From Glycera tridactyla (taxonomy: Eukaryota): a stretch of 64,000 bases of DNA. This document shows positions 1 through 13,556 of the stretch, piece after piece. A program made the position numbers and the translations under genes. The notes beneath the pieces were generated by a model, which saw only the letters and a list, made by a program, of their open reading frames with translations, had not been told where the DNA came from and did not search any database. Numbering within the stretch: the stretch's first letter is position 1; every line of letters starts with the position of its first letter. Location of the stretch: assembly GCA_965644265.1 (NCBI GenBank), contig OZ286465.1, forward strand, positions 95,976,001 through 96,040,000, written 5' to 3'.

Positions 1-925
1 GTGATATAGCAAATACCAATTTTGCATTGACTTCAGAAATTCAAACAGACCCTGCCAACATAGCCTCAAATCCGACAATTACATGAAATCAGGATGACAG
101 TCTCATAACAATGTTGGATATTCTTATGAATTCATTCTTTGTTTTTGTGCGCCTGAATTAACAGTGCACTCACAGCACTACTGTTGGTGCCCAATTGATG
201 TTGGTACTGATTCGAGATAGGGTTAGCCACCAAGTGAATTGCTTAACCGATGCTTACACAGCAGAGTGAAATCACATTCCATTAGGATCAGCGCAACAGA
301 TAATTAGGTCACAGTTGTATAACAGCAAATGGGGAATGAGCAAATAGGTCACATGATCCATCAACATGCNNNNNNNNNNNNNNNNNNNNNNNNNNNNNNN
401 NNNNNNNNNNNNNNNNNNNNNNNNNNNNNNNNNNNNNNNNNNNNNNNNNNNNNNNNNNNNNNNNNNNNNNNNNNNNNNNNNNNNNNNNNNNNNNNNNNNN
501 NNNNNNNNNNNNNNNNNNNNNNNNNNNNNNNNNNNNNNNNNNNNNNNNNNNNNNNNNNNNNNNNNNNNNNNNNNNNNNNNNNNNNNNNNNNNNNNNNNNN
601 NNNNNNNNNTGTTCATTAATAAGTCCATCTTAGCTCTATCAAGATAAAGGGCTGATTGGAACGAAAGCAGTGGATGAAGTGACCACATCCACTCGGTTTT
701 GTGCCACTGTCACCATCACTAGTGTGAACAAGACTGATTTAGCGTCACACATTTCAGGATCTTCTCGACCTTCTCTATCTCTTGCTTCTCTATCCCATTC
801 CCACTCTCATAAAACAAACTAAGAAAAACTCTTTGATGCAGGAAATTCATTTATTGAATAATGTGGCCATCTGGGATTATCCCTGCATGGACATCTTTGC
901 ATTAGTGTTGTCTATAAATCCGTGA
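1..925. repeat. Segmental duplication copy A (paralog of 14790-15425)
   Basis: 1-369 aligns to 14790-15170 (6 mismatches in the first 120 bp, plus small indels further on). 610-925 aligns to 15232-15425 apart from a ~125-bp indel. Probably continues left of the window. Confidence 0.9.
370..609. other. Assembly gap (240 N)
   Basis: Run of n. Confidence 1.
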
Positions 926-1535
926 AAAAATGGAGAATCCAGATATTCTGTCGATAGTAACCAGTATAGGAACTTCCATCCATCATTTCACCTGCTGCAT
1001 TATGGGAAGAGTTCCATGAAAATGGCTGCTTTCAACTGATGTGCGTGCCTATCATATATACATGTGCGAGCATTCCTACACGTATGGAATAAAAGGCTTT
1101 ATAAAAGCTTCACCAAATGTTAATTGCATCATATACATTTCCATTTCACATGATTATAGACAGGGAAATAATTGACCTCAGTTTTCATACATCATCATAC
1201 CATCCTGGCTAGAATCAAATATTGGCATAGTGGTGACCTATCATCTGTTGGTTTGGTCAGGTAAGCACCCAAGTACTAATAGATCGGTAGATTTTTGGTG
1301 AGTAGTGAACGGCATTTCACCGGACGTCTCCTGTCATAAATGGTACATACATGTATTACATATCCATCTTGAGCAGTACAATAGAATCTTGAAACTGCGA
1401 GGACTGTTTGAGATAATCGTTGAATATATTATATCTGTATATACATGTAGGTATAATGATTATCATAATGTATAATTGTATAATATGCATGATGGTCGAA
1501 TAGAGATAAACAGTTTAGACATTAAGTAGACTATG

Positions 1536-1612
1536 CTATATTGTGTATGCTAAATGAATATTATACTGCACACGCTTTACTGGGACATTCAGCTATCCAG
1601 CCTGAGTCTGCT
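1536..1612. repeat. Continuation of the segmental duplication (paralog of 17905-17982)
   Basis: ctatattgtgtatgc...actgcacacgctttactgggacat...atccagcctgagtctg matches 17905-17982 with scattered substitutions. Confidence 0.75.
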
Positions 1613-2162
1613 GCATATGTGAACTGATCACGGCTCAATATTGTAACCACATCAGGCTGAGAATGAGCCGGCTTGTTCAGCATAGGGATAGGATGGCTGT
1701 GAGGAAGAGACCGAACGATAGAGTAGTTTTGGAGGAATACGCTTGGAGACAGACAATAGAGAAATTCAGAATGATGCACTCATTTCACCGTCCTCGAAAC
1801 ACGGTCGAGATGAAGTGAATGGGTGAAAGTCTATGTCCATACCATCAATGGCCTGCACTCTCACTCTCACAAAACCTGATCATAAGGTGATTGGGAAACC
1901 CTGAAGGGTAATTGTTGCGTGGAATTAGTGAAAGTTCAGACATACCTCTCCACACATCACAAATAACTGAAGAACCCTCTGATGGAATAGCTGTGTTTGA
2001 TTGCTACCTTCCTCTCATCTTCAACATGCACCAATCACTGTCTCAAACCCATAATTGTGATGAAACTCATTTTCTTTTTAGAAAGTCAACCCTTACATAA
2101 CAGTCAACCTGCAATAGCTTGATTTCCGCGAAGCAATCCTGCCACTGTCGGGGAGGGAGACT

Positions 2163-2243
2163 GGCTACATATGGGTACTGGAATGGGACAAGTGACGCAC
2201 TTGAAACTCTCGACACTCAGCGACCTATTGGCGAATTCACCAA
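2163..2243 (+). mobile_element. Dispersed repeat fragment, family shared with 36792-36870 (+) and 37314-37356 (-)
   Basis: Shared core gctacatatgggtactggaatgggacaagtgacgcac / gctacacacaggtactagagtggaacaagtgatacac. Class unknown. Confidence 0.55.
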
Positions 2244-2361
2244 CTGAAGCCTGACCTTGGCTTATGCTCTCCCATTTAGCATAATCGAAAATGAATATAT
2301 TTGATCATTTGTTTCACAAGTCTATTGAAAACCAGAACTGTAATCCAGAGGATGACTTGTG

Positions 2362-2377
2362 CCCCCCCCCCCCCCCC
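2362..2377. repeat. Poly-C16 tract (poly-G on minus strand)
   Basis: Direct reading. Confidence 0.95.
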
Positions 2378-2504
2378 ACTCACTCCAGCCAATGTGAACT
2401 TATGAGCACCACAAATTAACATTCCATATGACAGCCTCAGATTTGGGTACTGTAGCCATAGTGTACCAACAGTTAGCAATGTAGAGTGCAAGCATGCATG
2501 GACG

Positions 2505-2550
2505 CACACACACACACATACCCGCACACACGCACACACACACACACACA
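2505..2550. repeat. Imperfect (CA)n microsatellite
   Basis: Direct reading. Confidence 0.95.
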
Positions 2551-2799
2551 GACAAATGTTTGATTCAGCCCTTTCACAGCTGGTTATTGAAGTAGAAGTG
2601 AGCTATTGCCCCATGATGAAATCAACCAGGCATTACATAATGCAGGGAAGAACACCAAAACCCCGCGTCAGTTACCGAGAGTCTTACATAAGAATGAGGT
2701 CAAAGCCAGGAGAAGTGTGTGTTCATTCATGGTTCATTTCAGTCTAACACAATAGACAGTGGGAGAGAGCAACTGAGCCAGGTAGAGTTTGGCTGTCTC

Positions 2800-3012
2800 A
2801 AAATATGTAAAAACCATCAAATGACAGAAAATCAAAAGTCACAGGGTCAAACAAATATGCCTATGCACACCTAGCCCTCATTGGTAGTGCACATACCAAA
2901 AATGGGCAGTGTAGCATAAACACAGTGGACACAGTGCGTTCCACAAAAAAGTGTTTATGGACAGACGGACGGAATCCAGTATGTCCCCTACCTTCGGTTG
3001 GGGGGCATAATA
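2800..3012 (+). mobile_element. Non-autonomous Helentron/HINE-like element, 3' part
   Basis: ggacagacggacgga (GACG-type repeat), then stem-loop ATGTCCCC-taccttcggttg-GGGGGCAT (2981-3008) and ATAA. This is the known 3' architecture of Helentron-derived MITEs in marine invertebrates. The 5' boundary is approximate. Confidence 0.6.
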
Positions 3013-3127
3013 ACTTATCTGCAACTAGTGGCGAGGATCAAGCATTTGGAAATCCAAGAAGCGCCGGAAATTGCCAAAAATAGCATTCATCGGTACTGTT
3101 CACAATAGGGCGAATAAAAGAGTGAAA

Positions 3128-3195
3128 AAAGAAATGAAATGAAATGTTAAGGTTTTAGGTCCACTTTCTGCACTTGAGTAGGCTAAATCAGACCA
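3128..3195 (-). mobile_element. SINE-like 3' tail remnant with (ATTTC)n tail
   Basis: (gaaat)3 followed by gttaaggttttaggtccac..., the layout of an inverted SINE 3' end. Family not identified. Confidence 0.35.
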
Positions 3196-4324
3196 CCTGC
3201 CAAGGAGGAGCGAAGATGAAGGGTGAAAAAGTGAATATGGAAAGGGGAACGTAAAGTTTAACATAGGTTTATGTCTGTTTTCATACTTCGTCTTCCAGCT
3301 CGAAAAAGAGCGTGATGAATGCCATACATTCACATGTGATACAAACAAAACTGCGAACACAGGGCTAATAGTATAAACATGTTTATTGATACATATGTAT
3401 TTGAATGAGTACAGTTGAAAATACGTTTGGAGACAATATATATAGAGATAGGTACGCATGAACTAGACAATACGCGATGTAGGTCACGGCATGAGGAGGC
3501 AGTTTCTGTACACATGTGCCGTTTCAATCGTCTGATCAACAACAAGAATTTCACAATATACATGATATTGGTACCTAAGTTTAGCTTCCTAGATGTCTCC
3601 TCTTTCACAGTCCACGGTTTTGTGGCTCACTGTTTCCTGATGTCACTTAAGGGATCTGATAGCAGTTGGCTAAGCATGAGCCTTCAAATGTCCTTCGAAA
3701 GACACCCAGAACAACTGAACATTGGTAATTTTCATGAAGAAGATGTCCGGGAAAGGAAATTTAGGCCGGTGTGTTGGCATCAGCCAGGACATCTACTGCT
3801 ACTTCTACTACTCATCACAACTTAAACGATCTCACCGTTGAACTGAATTCTCAGATAAATACAATAGGCTGCAACATTCAAATTAGCAGGATTCAATGAT
3901 TTTTCACACACTCCATTCTATCTCAGGTTCTGAGCATTTAGGACGATCTCATTTTTGTGAGAGAATTATTCTGATATGTAGATGTTTAGACACAATGGTG
4001 CATGACCAAAAAACGTGGGCAACACGCGAATATGATTCAACAGTGGCAAGTGCTATCGAGGGAGGGGGTGATTCACTCTTAGAATAATTATTCGAAATAA
4101 TAACAGTTTACAATTCCAGTGATCTATATCCTATGTGGCAAGCCCTGAAAATATGTTCCTGCTGCCTCCCAGGGCAAAGACCTGCGGATTCTCTTGACTT
4201 CAGGGAATTTACCTTTCCATTATCTTTAGGTATAAAAATCAGGTAAGTGGCGCATCATACAGATCATGTTTTGAGGAAAGCTGGGTCCACATCCTCTGTC
4301 ACACCAGAGTACTCTTTTGCTATC

Positions 4325-4379
4325 GATTTGATTGATTTGTTGAAGTTTAACGGCTCGTATCAACCCAAAGGATCATATA
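4325..4379 (-). mobile_element. SINE 3' tail remnant (family also at 57284-57362 and 62398-62460)
   Basis: (GATT/GGTT)n followed by gtttaacg...tcaac...gatcat. A similar motif occurs three times in the window. Confidence 0.5.
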
Positions 4380-7071
4380 TGCTGTGTGCTTGAGGCATAT
4401 CTCCTGCAAGTCATCACCTAGGTCAAATCACTCTGCTCACACGTAGAAAAGCCTGATTCATCAATTGATCATGCTGCATTTATCTTAAGGAAAAGGTTCT
4501 TGGTTCAAAGGAACTGCTACAGAGTTTCTTGGATGACCCTTCTGACATTAAGTCACAACTAGTTTGATTCATATTGATCAAGAATGAGAAAATTTGCCAT
4601 CATTGACTCACCCACAGCATCAGCGTAGCAAGCTATAACAGTCACCCAAGTCTCGTAAATGAGCAATATCCATCCATCTAAAGCCAATCATCTTAGTTTT
4701 CACCTGGTGGTAGATCTCTCAGGGATTCATAAAGCTGTATTTGATTGCCTATTTAACCAAATGTTGGCTTCATAAAAATGTACTCTATGCAGTTTTTTTG
4801 TCATGGGTTAGTCAGTCATGTTATTTTCGTGAGTCACACAGACTAAAGAATGACGGCGATCCTTTTTCATATTCGAAGACTCCAGCTACTCATGGCATTA
4901 CAGGATTGTGGTCCAACAAAAGTGCAGACCGATAATGGAACATAAATGTACTTGCGCCAGGATCTGTTTGATTATACTCCACTAAATAGCAAAGGTGCTT
5001 ATGTGTATCTCACAGCTCGTCCTAGGACCAAGGTAGACAACACCACCGTTGCATTTTTTTTTTAGCAAGAGTAAGGTCTATTAAATGTGTACGAAATAAG
5101 CTTCTGCGTTACCAGATATACTGCGTATGTGTAGCCAGGTTTCCTAGAGAACCAGACAGCAAGTATATATACAAAATGTGTGTTTCTTGACCAGGCCAAC
5201 CATCAGTGAAATAATAAAATTCATGAAATTATCATCTCAGTATTAACAGGTGAGTGAGTGTGTGAGTGAGGGGGAGTGTCATGCATGGTAAATAGTGCAC
5301 TATTCATTGAATTTACACAAGGATTGTTTGATGACCTGAGACAAAGCCCATCATATTTACACAGAGAATAGCAGCTGTGTAGCAGCTCACATGATACACG
5401 TAACCTGCTACATGATTTAGATACATCACATGAAACAAACAGCAGCACTTGTGGCCATGGTCCCTAAATGTCATGAAGAGTGACATGACACAGAAAGGTT
5501 ACGTCTGTCTAGTCCACTAATTGTAAGCACACCCTTAGTAGTTAAATTCCAAATTTTATTCAGGTCAAAGCCTGTCAGATTGTGTGCTAAGAGAGCTGAG
5601 ATGAATGGGTTCCTCATGTACAAGCAGCTACCGCCATCATGTTTGTTCAATGTTCTACAATATAGAGAGGACTGACCCAATAACCATGGTTACAAATCTG
5701 ATAGGGTCCTTCACAGGGTAAAGAAAACAACTTCGTCGACATAGATATTTATATTACAAGATACAAACAGCAATCGTCTTATCATTAATACCACTGTCAT
5801 GTGAATGATTACATTCTACAATAAGCGATGGTAGTCATGGATACCCAAGTCACATGACCAATAATATGACAGGACATGGGGTACAACTCTGCTAGCCATG
5901 ATGCACAAAACACACGTAACAATATAAACATCAAAGGCATATTCCAGTGTTCCGGTTCCCAGTCAGTACCATGTGCCTGATGGACAGCAAAACTTTCTAA
6001 CGATTTTTGACTTAAGTCAGAATGCGATCGCCATCCCTACCTCACATTCTGATTGAACTGTGTGAGGGCCTCATGGTATTTTCTCCGGCCAGCCTATATA
6101 CACATTGACGATGTTGATAGTTCTTTGATAGGCCACCCTATAATCGATTCACATACATCGACCCTTACTGCCTGGACATTCACTCTGCCATACCGAAATA
6201 TCCCCACAATCAACAATTCCATTTGATCTTACCGTTAAGGTCGAGCTTTTTCAAGTTCTAATAGTTTCAACCGATGCATTTGGGAATTGGTTCACATATC
6301 GGAATCCCTCTAACTAGCCAATGGCCCCTTCAAGTAGCCCTAAATCTCAGGTAATAACAAAAGAATCAGTCATACTGCGAGGGTGCTTTAGGCAGTACAT
6401 GGGGCAGGCATTTCAAATTCAAGACTTGATCAAACTCTTGTCACATCATTCAGAACTTTTAAATAAGTTATTTGATCACAAATAATCCAAATTTTCGAAT
6501 ACAAGTATAGCAAAATACATGCCTGATCGTTCTTACTCGAAATAAGACCATATTCGATTATGGCCAAATGTTGAGTTAGCCTATTTTTGTGCTGAGTAAT
6601 CGTAATTTCCATGGGCAATGCATGCATGTGGATAACTGTCAAGATTTATCTCTCTGTTGATCAGCATCTGTATAGAATATATGAGAGATGTATACAATGT
6701 GTGTATTCTGAGCATGAAGGCTGTGGATGGCAAGTTACCCGATGGCAGACTGACCAATGCTATTTCTCAAGAGTTCACGATAGTCTGGTGACAAGCATAA
6801 CCATTACCCCCAAGAGGCACTCGATCAAGATGACCGCAAGTGTAAGTCAAACGTGTAATAGGCTTCTTAGCTTCATCTTGATTATTTGGTTGCTTCATCT
6901 GGAGTTTATTTCAATGATCCTGATGCCTCAGAATTTCAAGCAGCTGCCTCATATAGTACAAAACGTGTCTATGATGATGGTCTTCAATGACACTAGATGG
7001 CTTGGTATTGGGCTTTCCAACAGGTACATTGAGAGACTGCTGGTTCTAGATCAAATGTATACACTATGGGT

Positions 7072-7308
7072 CTAACCTAACAAAGCATGGGTTTGGGTAA
7101 TTTCGACTTCAATTGCAGGAAATGTAAGACCTCCCTCTTCCAACGATATTAGATTATGCATGATGGCAACTTCGACAGATTTCAGAGTGGAACTCAATAA
7201 ATTAAACGATTCCTCCATGTAGTTTTGTGAAATTGGTACATGCCTCATAATTTCAATCAACCTACATGAAACACACCTGGCTATTCTCAAAATGCTTACA
7301 AAAACCAA
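7072..7308 (-). mobile_element. Possible decayed L1/Tx1-clade LINE ORF2 fragment
   Basis: The translation VPISQNYMEESFNLLSSTL...NLISLEEGGLTFPAIE resembles the post-RT PI...L..P.EEGGL.LP segment of L1/Tx1 ORF2. The RT core motifs are not recognisable nearby. Confidence 0.3.
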
Positions 7309-10300
7309 CCCATCAAATGTGGTACTTGGCTAACAAACGCATGATGCTTGCTAAGGACCATATTCAGCTGAGAACTGGGATGACAGACACAATGCTCATA
7401 TAACTATATAAACACGGATACCAGTAGATGAACTTGTGTAAAAAGTGTTCTCCTGACACATTTTAAATCCTGTCTGAAGATGATCACATCTTCTTTTAAC
7501 AGATTAAAGATACTTTGATTCAAGCATTTACAGCCTAATATGAACATGTATGCCTATGATATTCAAAGCAAAACTAGGTATTCGAAAACTAATATGGTCC
7601 ATACTTTTGATATGGCGTTCTCTGTTATCTTGGATTTGTTACTCAACAAACACGGGATTAGGACATGAGTCTTCCTAATAAAGAAAACTAAATTAGTACG
7701 TGCCCATTCTTGCAAATTCAAATTATCCATTGTATATTGCATTGGAATTGCAAATTGCTGTTCACTGTATGAACAATAATGTAAAGGAAAATGGGAGGGA
7801 TCAATATTGATTTTCGATGCTGCATGAGTTCCACGATTTTGATTTACAAATTGACAATATTCACCTGATCAATAAAGAACGTTTTCTGTGTAAGTGTGCC
7901 TTTCTAACTCTATGATGAATATAATATCAAATCAAACCCAGGAGACATATACAAGACAGAGTCTAGTATAGTAACAGTAACCCACAGTTAATCTGATTCA
8001 AACCATGGTATTGGATGTTTAATGCTATATTTTCCCGGGTGAATGAATCTACTGACAAGTACAGTTTCTATGACACTTCACAAATTACTTGTACCCATAT
8101 CAGATCTAACACTGCATACAAGAGATGCAATAAATCATAACAGTAATACTCTGTAGAGAAAGAAAACCATACAAAGGGTGGAATGTGCGATGAGAGGGTA
8201 ATATGCCAGTATTTCATTAAACGAACGATTTTGGAGTTGATAGATGTGATAGCCACTACAGTCAATTACTTCAAACACTTCAACATCCATTGAATATGGA
8301 TGGAGATTGAGGATTCCCTCATCTTAACAAAATGCAACTCTTTAGCTCCCTGCACTCAATATTTCAGATACATGAAAATCATACCAGCTCTACCATGTGA
8401 GATGCGGTGATTCATTCAAGAGTGATTGGTTGTTGATTCCACACCAGATACCTGAATGAAACGAATATACTTTCTTCCAAAAAGATCCCCTGCTCTTGGC
8501 ATATGCAAGAAAATTTGAACTTGGCATTGAGCATTATACTCTGCTGGATCAATCAAGAGAAGCACATAGTAATTTTCACCTGATCATAGGTTTCAAAGTT
8601 GCATCACAGTCTTTGTCGAGACATCTGAGCAACCATGCTATATCTTTCACAATATAGAGTAATCTAATGACTATCACACCACAACTAGTATGATGTGGTC
8701 CTAATCGTCATATCTTGTGCACCTGTCATTCAATGCCCCACATCACCCAAAGTGGTTCTAGCTCATTGTTGAAATCTATACACTTTGGGCATGAGTTTCA
8801 GAACTAATGTGACGACAGCCTTTTGAAGTATTCTGAAGTTCCTAAAATTGATTCAATACATCTCACAGCATTCTCCTACCAACAAGTCATTTATCTGCTC
8901 TGAAGAACAAACTAATATTATTTGCACTGAAAACAATTAAAGAATCAACAAATGTCTGTTTCCACTTCTCTGTGTATGATATATGGTGCTGGGAAAATTC
9001 ATGCTCATTGCACTGAGGCATGGGCTTAGCACGCCTGATCAGAGAAACTGAGTACATAAGGATACTGAAGCATAGCTTAGGTTTAGGTACACATATTCCC
9101 CGTAAAATAGGTGAGGACTATGCATGCATTTATCTTGCTTTGATTTGGGGTAATGATATACATTCCAGAACTCAGTGGCAAGCATGCTTAACTTATAGTG
9201 AGTGGCTGCGAAGTAGTGACTAGAATCTACCGTGAGGCTTGAGGGTTTTCATCTTGAAAAACCCATTAGGCACAGAAAGGACATCAAAGCCATATCAATC
9301 AATCAGATGAGGATTTCCTAGTATGATTCTCTTCAGCTATGCTCATTTGTACAATGATGTATATCTGCCAGAGACATGAAATATCTGTACATCAGAAGGT
9401 GTGTGCATCACAACAATTCTCCCATATGAGCACACATGTGCCTTAACAGAAGATGAATGCTCATCACAAATCCTTGTTACTTTCAATACCAGTAGGCAGA
9501 GATAAGGTACTTGAAAATAATGCTCATAAACATACGAGACATCATCCCTTTTCAAATATGTGTATTGACATTTAGAACAACATATATGAGTGTATTAACA
9601 ATTTTTGGTGCAACGGGCTAGCTTTCACTCGATCAATTTGACAAAGTTATCTCCATTAGATATGATGAGATGTACATAATAAGTCAACATGGAAATAGCG
9701 ATCATATTTTCCATGATAATCAACATGATACATGTGATGTTTCACAACACGCTCATTGGCTGGGTTAATCGTATACTATCACTCACCCTGGATGGCTGAC
9801 TTAGTAATGTTATCCAACAATCAGTACAGGTCAGGTACATATTAAAACCACAATTCACACTGGAATTAACCAATGCTGGGTTAATTCTTCTCACTTGAAG
9901 TGTTGCTTTCTGAGGAAAATATTGTTTATGAGTGAAATAAACACACATGATAAATCAAATCTCAGGGGATGATGTAAGTATGTACAAGAAGCATGACTGA
10001 AAAAGTTATTTGTAGTTTGTTACAAAACAACACCAACTTCGATAATACTGGCATTAACATATCCCATCTATGATGTCCACTGGTTCCACAAAGACCCACT
10101 TTCGGACATCTTTTCTGCCCTGAAACGCCTGCATTTCAATCAAATTCGATTGAGATGTGACGTCTCAGAAAGCATCTAACAATATCTGTAATAATTCAAT
10201 GATACCTAGTCAGTAGACACATTCTAGCTTGTAACCATACATCTTGTTGATCCATGAATAGTAAAAAACATAACACTGATCAGATTATATGTATATATAT

Positions 10301-13300
10301 TACACCATTTACAAAATTCCAGACAACAGACAAGAGCCACATTTGCATTATAGTAACAAACCATGACTGAAGAATAAACTGTTCATATGCTATAAAGTGG
10401 GATTTGCATAGGATTCAACAAAGCTGATGGCTGAGTACAATCCCTGTGCATTTTTCACTGACTCACATATGACATTTATCATACACAGCCATGGTTTCTC
10501 ACTTTTATACCACAGATAATGTTCGACATACATCAACCCTGTGTGTGTAACATAGCAGTTGTACACCACACACTTATTTGTTACTGATGATGATATATTC
10601 GTGGTATAAACAGCAATTATCTTAGTTGAACCTGCTGCACTGGATATAGTTCACAGTCAAGCCACACTCCAATCTGCTTTGCATGTGTCTACCTATCCGC
10701 CCACTCAAGCCAGAACAAACCAAGAGAGCTGTGGCTTGGATGGTTGGATGGCGGACAGCAAAGCATATGAAAAGTCGGGAATGAGGCATAGGATGCATGT
10801 AAATGTTACAGGTTTGTACAATTTCTTCCCCCCCCCTCTCTCTCTGTCACACACAGACACACACAAGCACACAACTGCATGAACACACAATCATAACTTA
10901 TTCTCAAAAATGTTCTCATCACTTCATTAGAAAATTCAATCCAAACATTTCACTCCAGCTCCATTTTTCACAGTTGCTCTAACAGTGTCCTTAACATATA
11001 TTTCCCAGATAAGCTAAATAAATGGAACTCATGCAAAACAATATGGAAGAGATGGGCTCATCGTATCTCATCTTTGCCAATTGCTGACCTTTTCGAACAA
11101 TAACACTCAAGTCTCATCCATATGGTCTATTGTTTGTGTCAGAACCAAACAAACCACCAGCTGAAATAACTACACTCAGGAAAGTGCCATGAGCTCTGAA
11201 TACAAAATATATATGGATCAATTTTTGATTCCAATTTCCAGTATTTTCCATTGAGGGTGTTTGAACCAAAAATGAAAAATTGAGATCTATAAATACAGAG
11301 TTCATGCAGGAGGGCAATGTCAATTGCCTTGTGTCTGCAATGAAACACAATGTCTAATGATTATTTTGATTGTGAACTTCCATGATACAATAACGATGAA
11401 TGCCTTTCAATACCAATTCTCCTCAACGATCTGCGAACTGCAAAGAATAACAAATACCAGTAAATACCAGTACCAAATACCAGTAAATGACTGACAAATC
11501 TATCAATTTAATCATTCGACCATTCAAACCAACCAGGGGTAGTTCCACTCCACTCACTAGAGCCAGCACATAACTGATATCAGAACATATCGCTGGGAAT
11601 AACTAGGACCAATCACATGATTTTGATGGACATGGATATACATGGAATGGCAACCAGGTGCATTTTCATAATCGGAATGAGCCATCAAAAAGGTTGCATC
11701 CTCCATCATGAAACGGTTTTGATCAGATATTTCAAAACAGAACAACCTCATCTTACAAAGATTTGAGCATTATTCCTCTGAATTATACAGCAAATACACA
11801 GGAGTGAGCAATTCTCCCTGATGTATGTTTGGCACAACAAAACATACACTGGTATGATCGCCAGCCTTTTGAATTGGAAACACTGATGAATCTACTTACT
11901 TTAGTTACTGATCAACTATACCATGCGAAACACTGTAAATGGACTGTAGAACATGGTTGACACAGCGATTCCTTGACCTAAATGTGATTGATACACAAAA
12001 AGGGATTGCATCAATCAATGGTATGCGTTGTGATAAACTATAGTTGAAATATTTCTATGTGAAATTATAGTTACACCAGGCAATTATGATCACACTTTAC
12101 ATCTGCTGGCTTTTCTTATCAATGAGCACTTGCAAACAAATAATGCATATACACCTAGAACCCGACAACACACAGCTATATGTGTGACAGCCAACTTCTA
12201 ACAAAGAAAACAATGCTTACGAAACTGGAGTTGAGGTCCAATTTCCTGCATTCTCACAACACAACAGCAACTGAAATTACCTATTCCAATACTGAGGGTA
12301 CATAAATTCTGCTAAAATGACCCCAAACATGGAAGGAATGCAAAACAGGAAAGGAAGAGATTACATACATTAGTCAATAGATTCAGGCTGAATATCATCA
12401 ATGTAAAGTAAAAAAGTAAAAAGTACAGAAACCAACTAACTTGGATTTGGTGGTTTGGGGAGGAGTCATGAAGAGTTCACATTTCACACAGAAACCCAAC
12501 TCAATATATGTACATGATGGGCAACAGATAGAGAAAAAACCCTTGATAGTTGAGTGAAACATCCCTAGCTTACACGGGCAAGCTGCCATTAGGATTACAG
12601 GAGGCCAGGGGTTCAGAGAAATTTCAGTGGCTGACTCATCGAGTGGGATATACAAGATTTTATTCAACATTTTCAATATTCTCGACTCTACACCACTGAT
12701 TATAATTCATGTTGAAATATTGATCATATGTTTTAAATTAGTCACCAAAAGAGATTTTAATTTCAAGACCTTCAACCTTTTGTGCCACACATTGCATGAG
12801 TATACACAGATTCACAATGTAACAAATTTAGTACAGCGCTATAAAATTGACTGAGCACATGGTTTATTCCTATCCCCAAATTGACGAATGCTGCACATAG
12901 GATCCTAGTCCAAGCTTTCATTAGGGAACAATCACAAGTTGTTTTTTATCACATGAGATATACATAAATACATAAAAGTGTGAGAAATATATAATCATCC
13001 AAAATGCAGCAACAAATTTGACCAGAGAATGCAACGGCAATTCCTTCAAAGCAAAATTGCTGGCTGAATATTTTGGCCTGTATCTGAGCCATGCCTCCCC
13101 AAGATGCAAAAAAGATGGCTGGATTGATTTCATGCAAGAAAACTGCACAAGGGATGAAGCTTTCATTCAATTTCTCTCCATAGCAGATGTGATATTGTGA
13201 CTTTAAAGTTTCTGAGGAGTGCACTGTCCATATATTGTTGCAGCACACTGCCCATCATTCCGTTGCTCAGTTCAGCGGTCAATGCAAGACTCAGAAAATG

Positions 13301-13499
13301 ATAAACGAAGTGAATTCAGAGATGTGAGAGAGAATGTGCACTCAAGAAACATATTAGGCCTCATGATTTGTGTTCATTCTGAACGATAGAATAAGATTAA
13401 ATTGTCCATGCAAGTCTGCCCTCCTGGTACCTATAATAGTGTCGCTAGTTATAACGCACACTCATCATGGCATTGACAAAATATTCATCTCTCTCAAAT

Positions 13500-13519
13500 A
13501 CACACACACATACAGGCAG

Positions 13520-13552
<33 letters not shown>
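13500..13552. repeat. Imperfect (CA)n microsatellite
   Basis: Direct reading. Confidence 0.95.

Positions 13553-13556
<4 letters not shown>

Noticed and set aside
272-688. ORFs spanning N runs (also 28280-28675 and 38503-39108)
   Set aside because: They are open only because N codons contain no stops.
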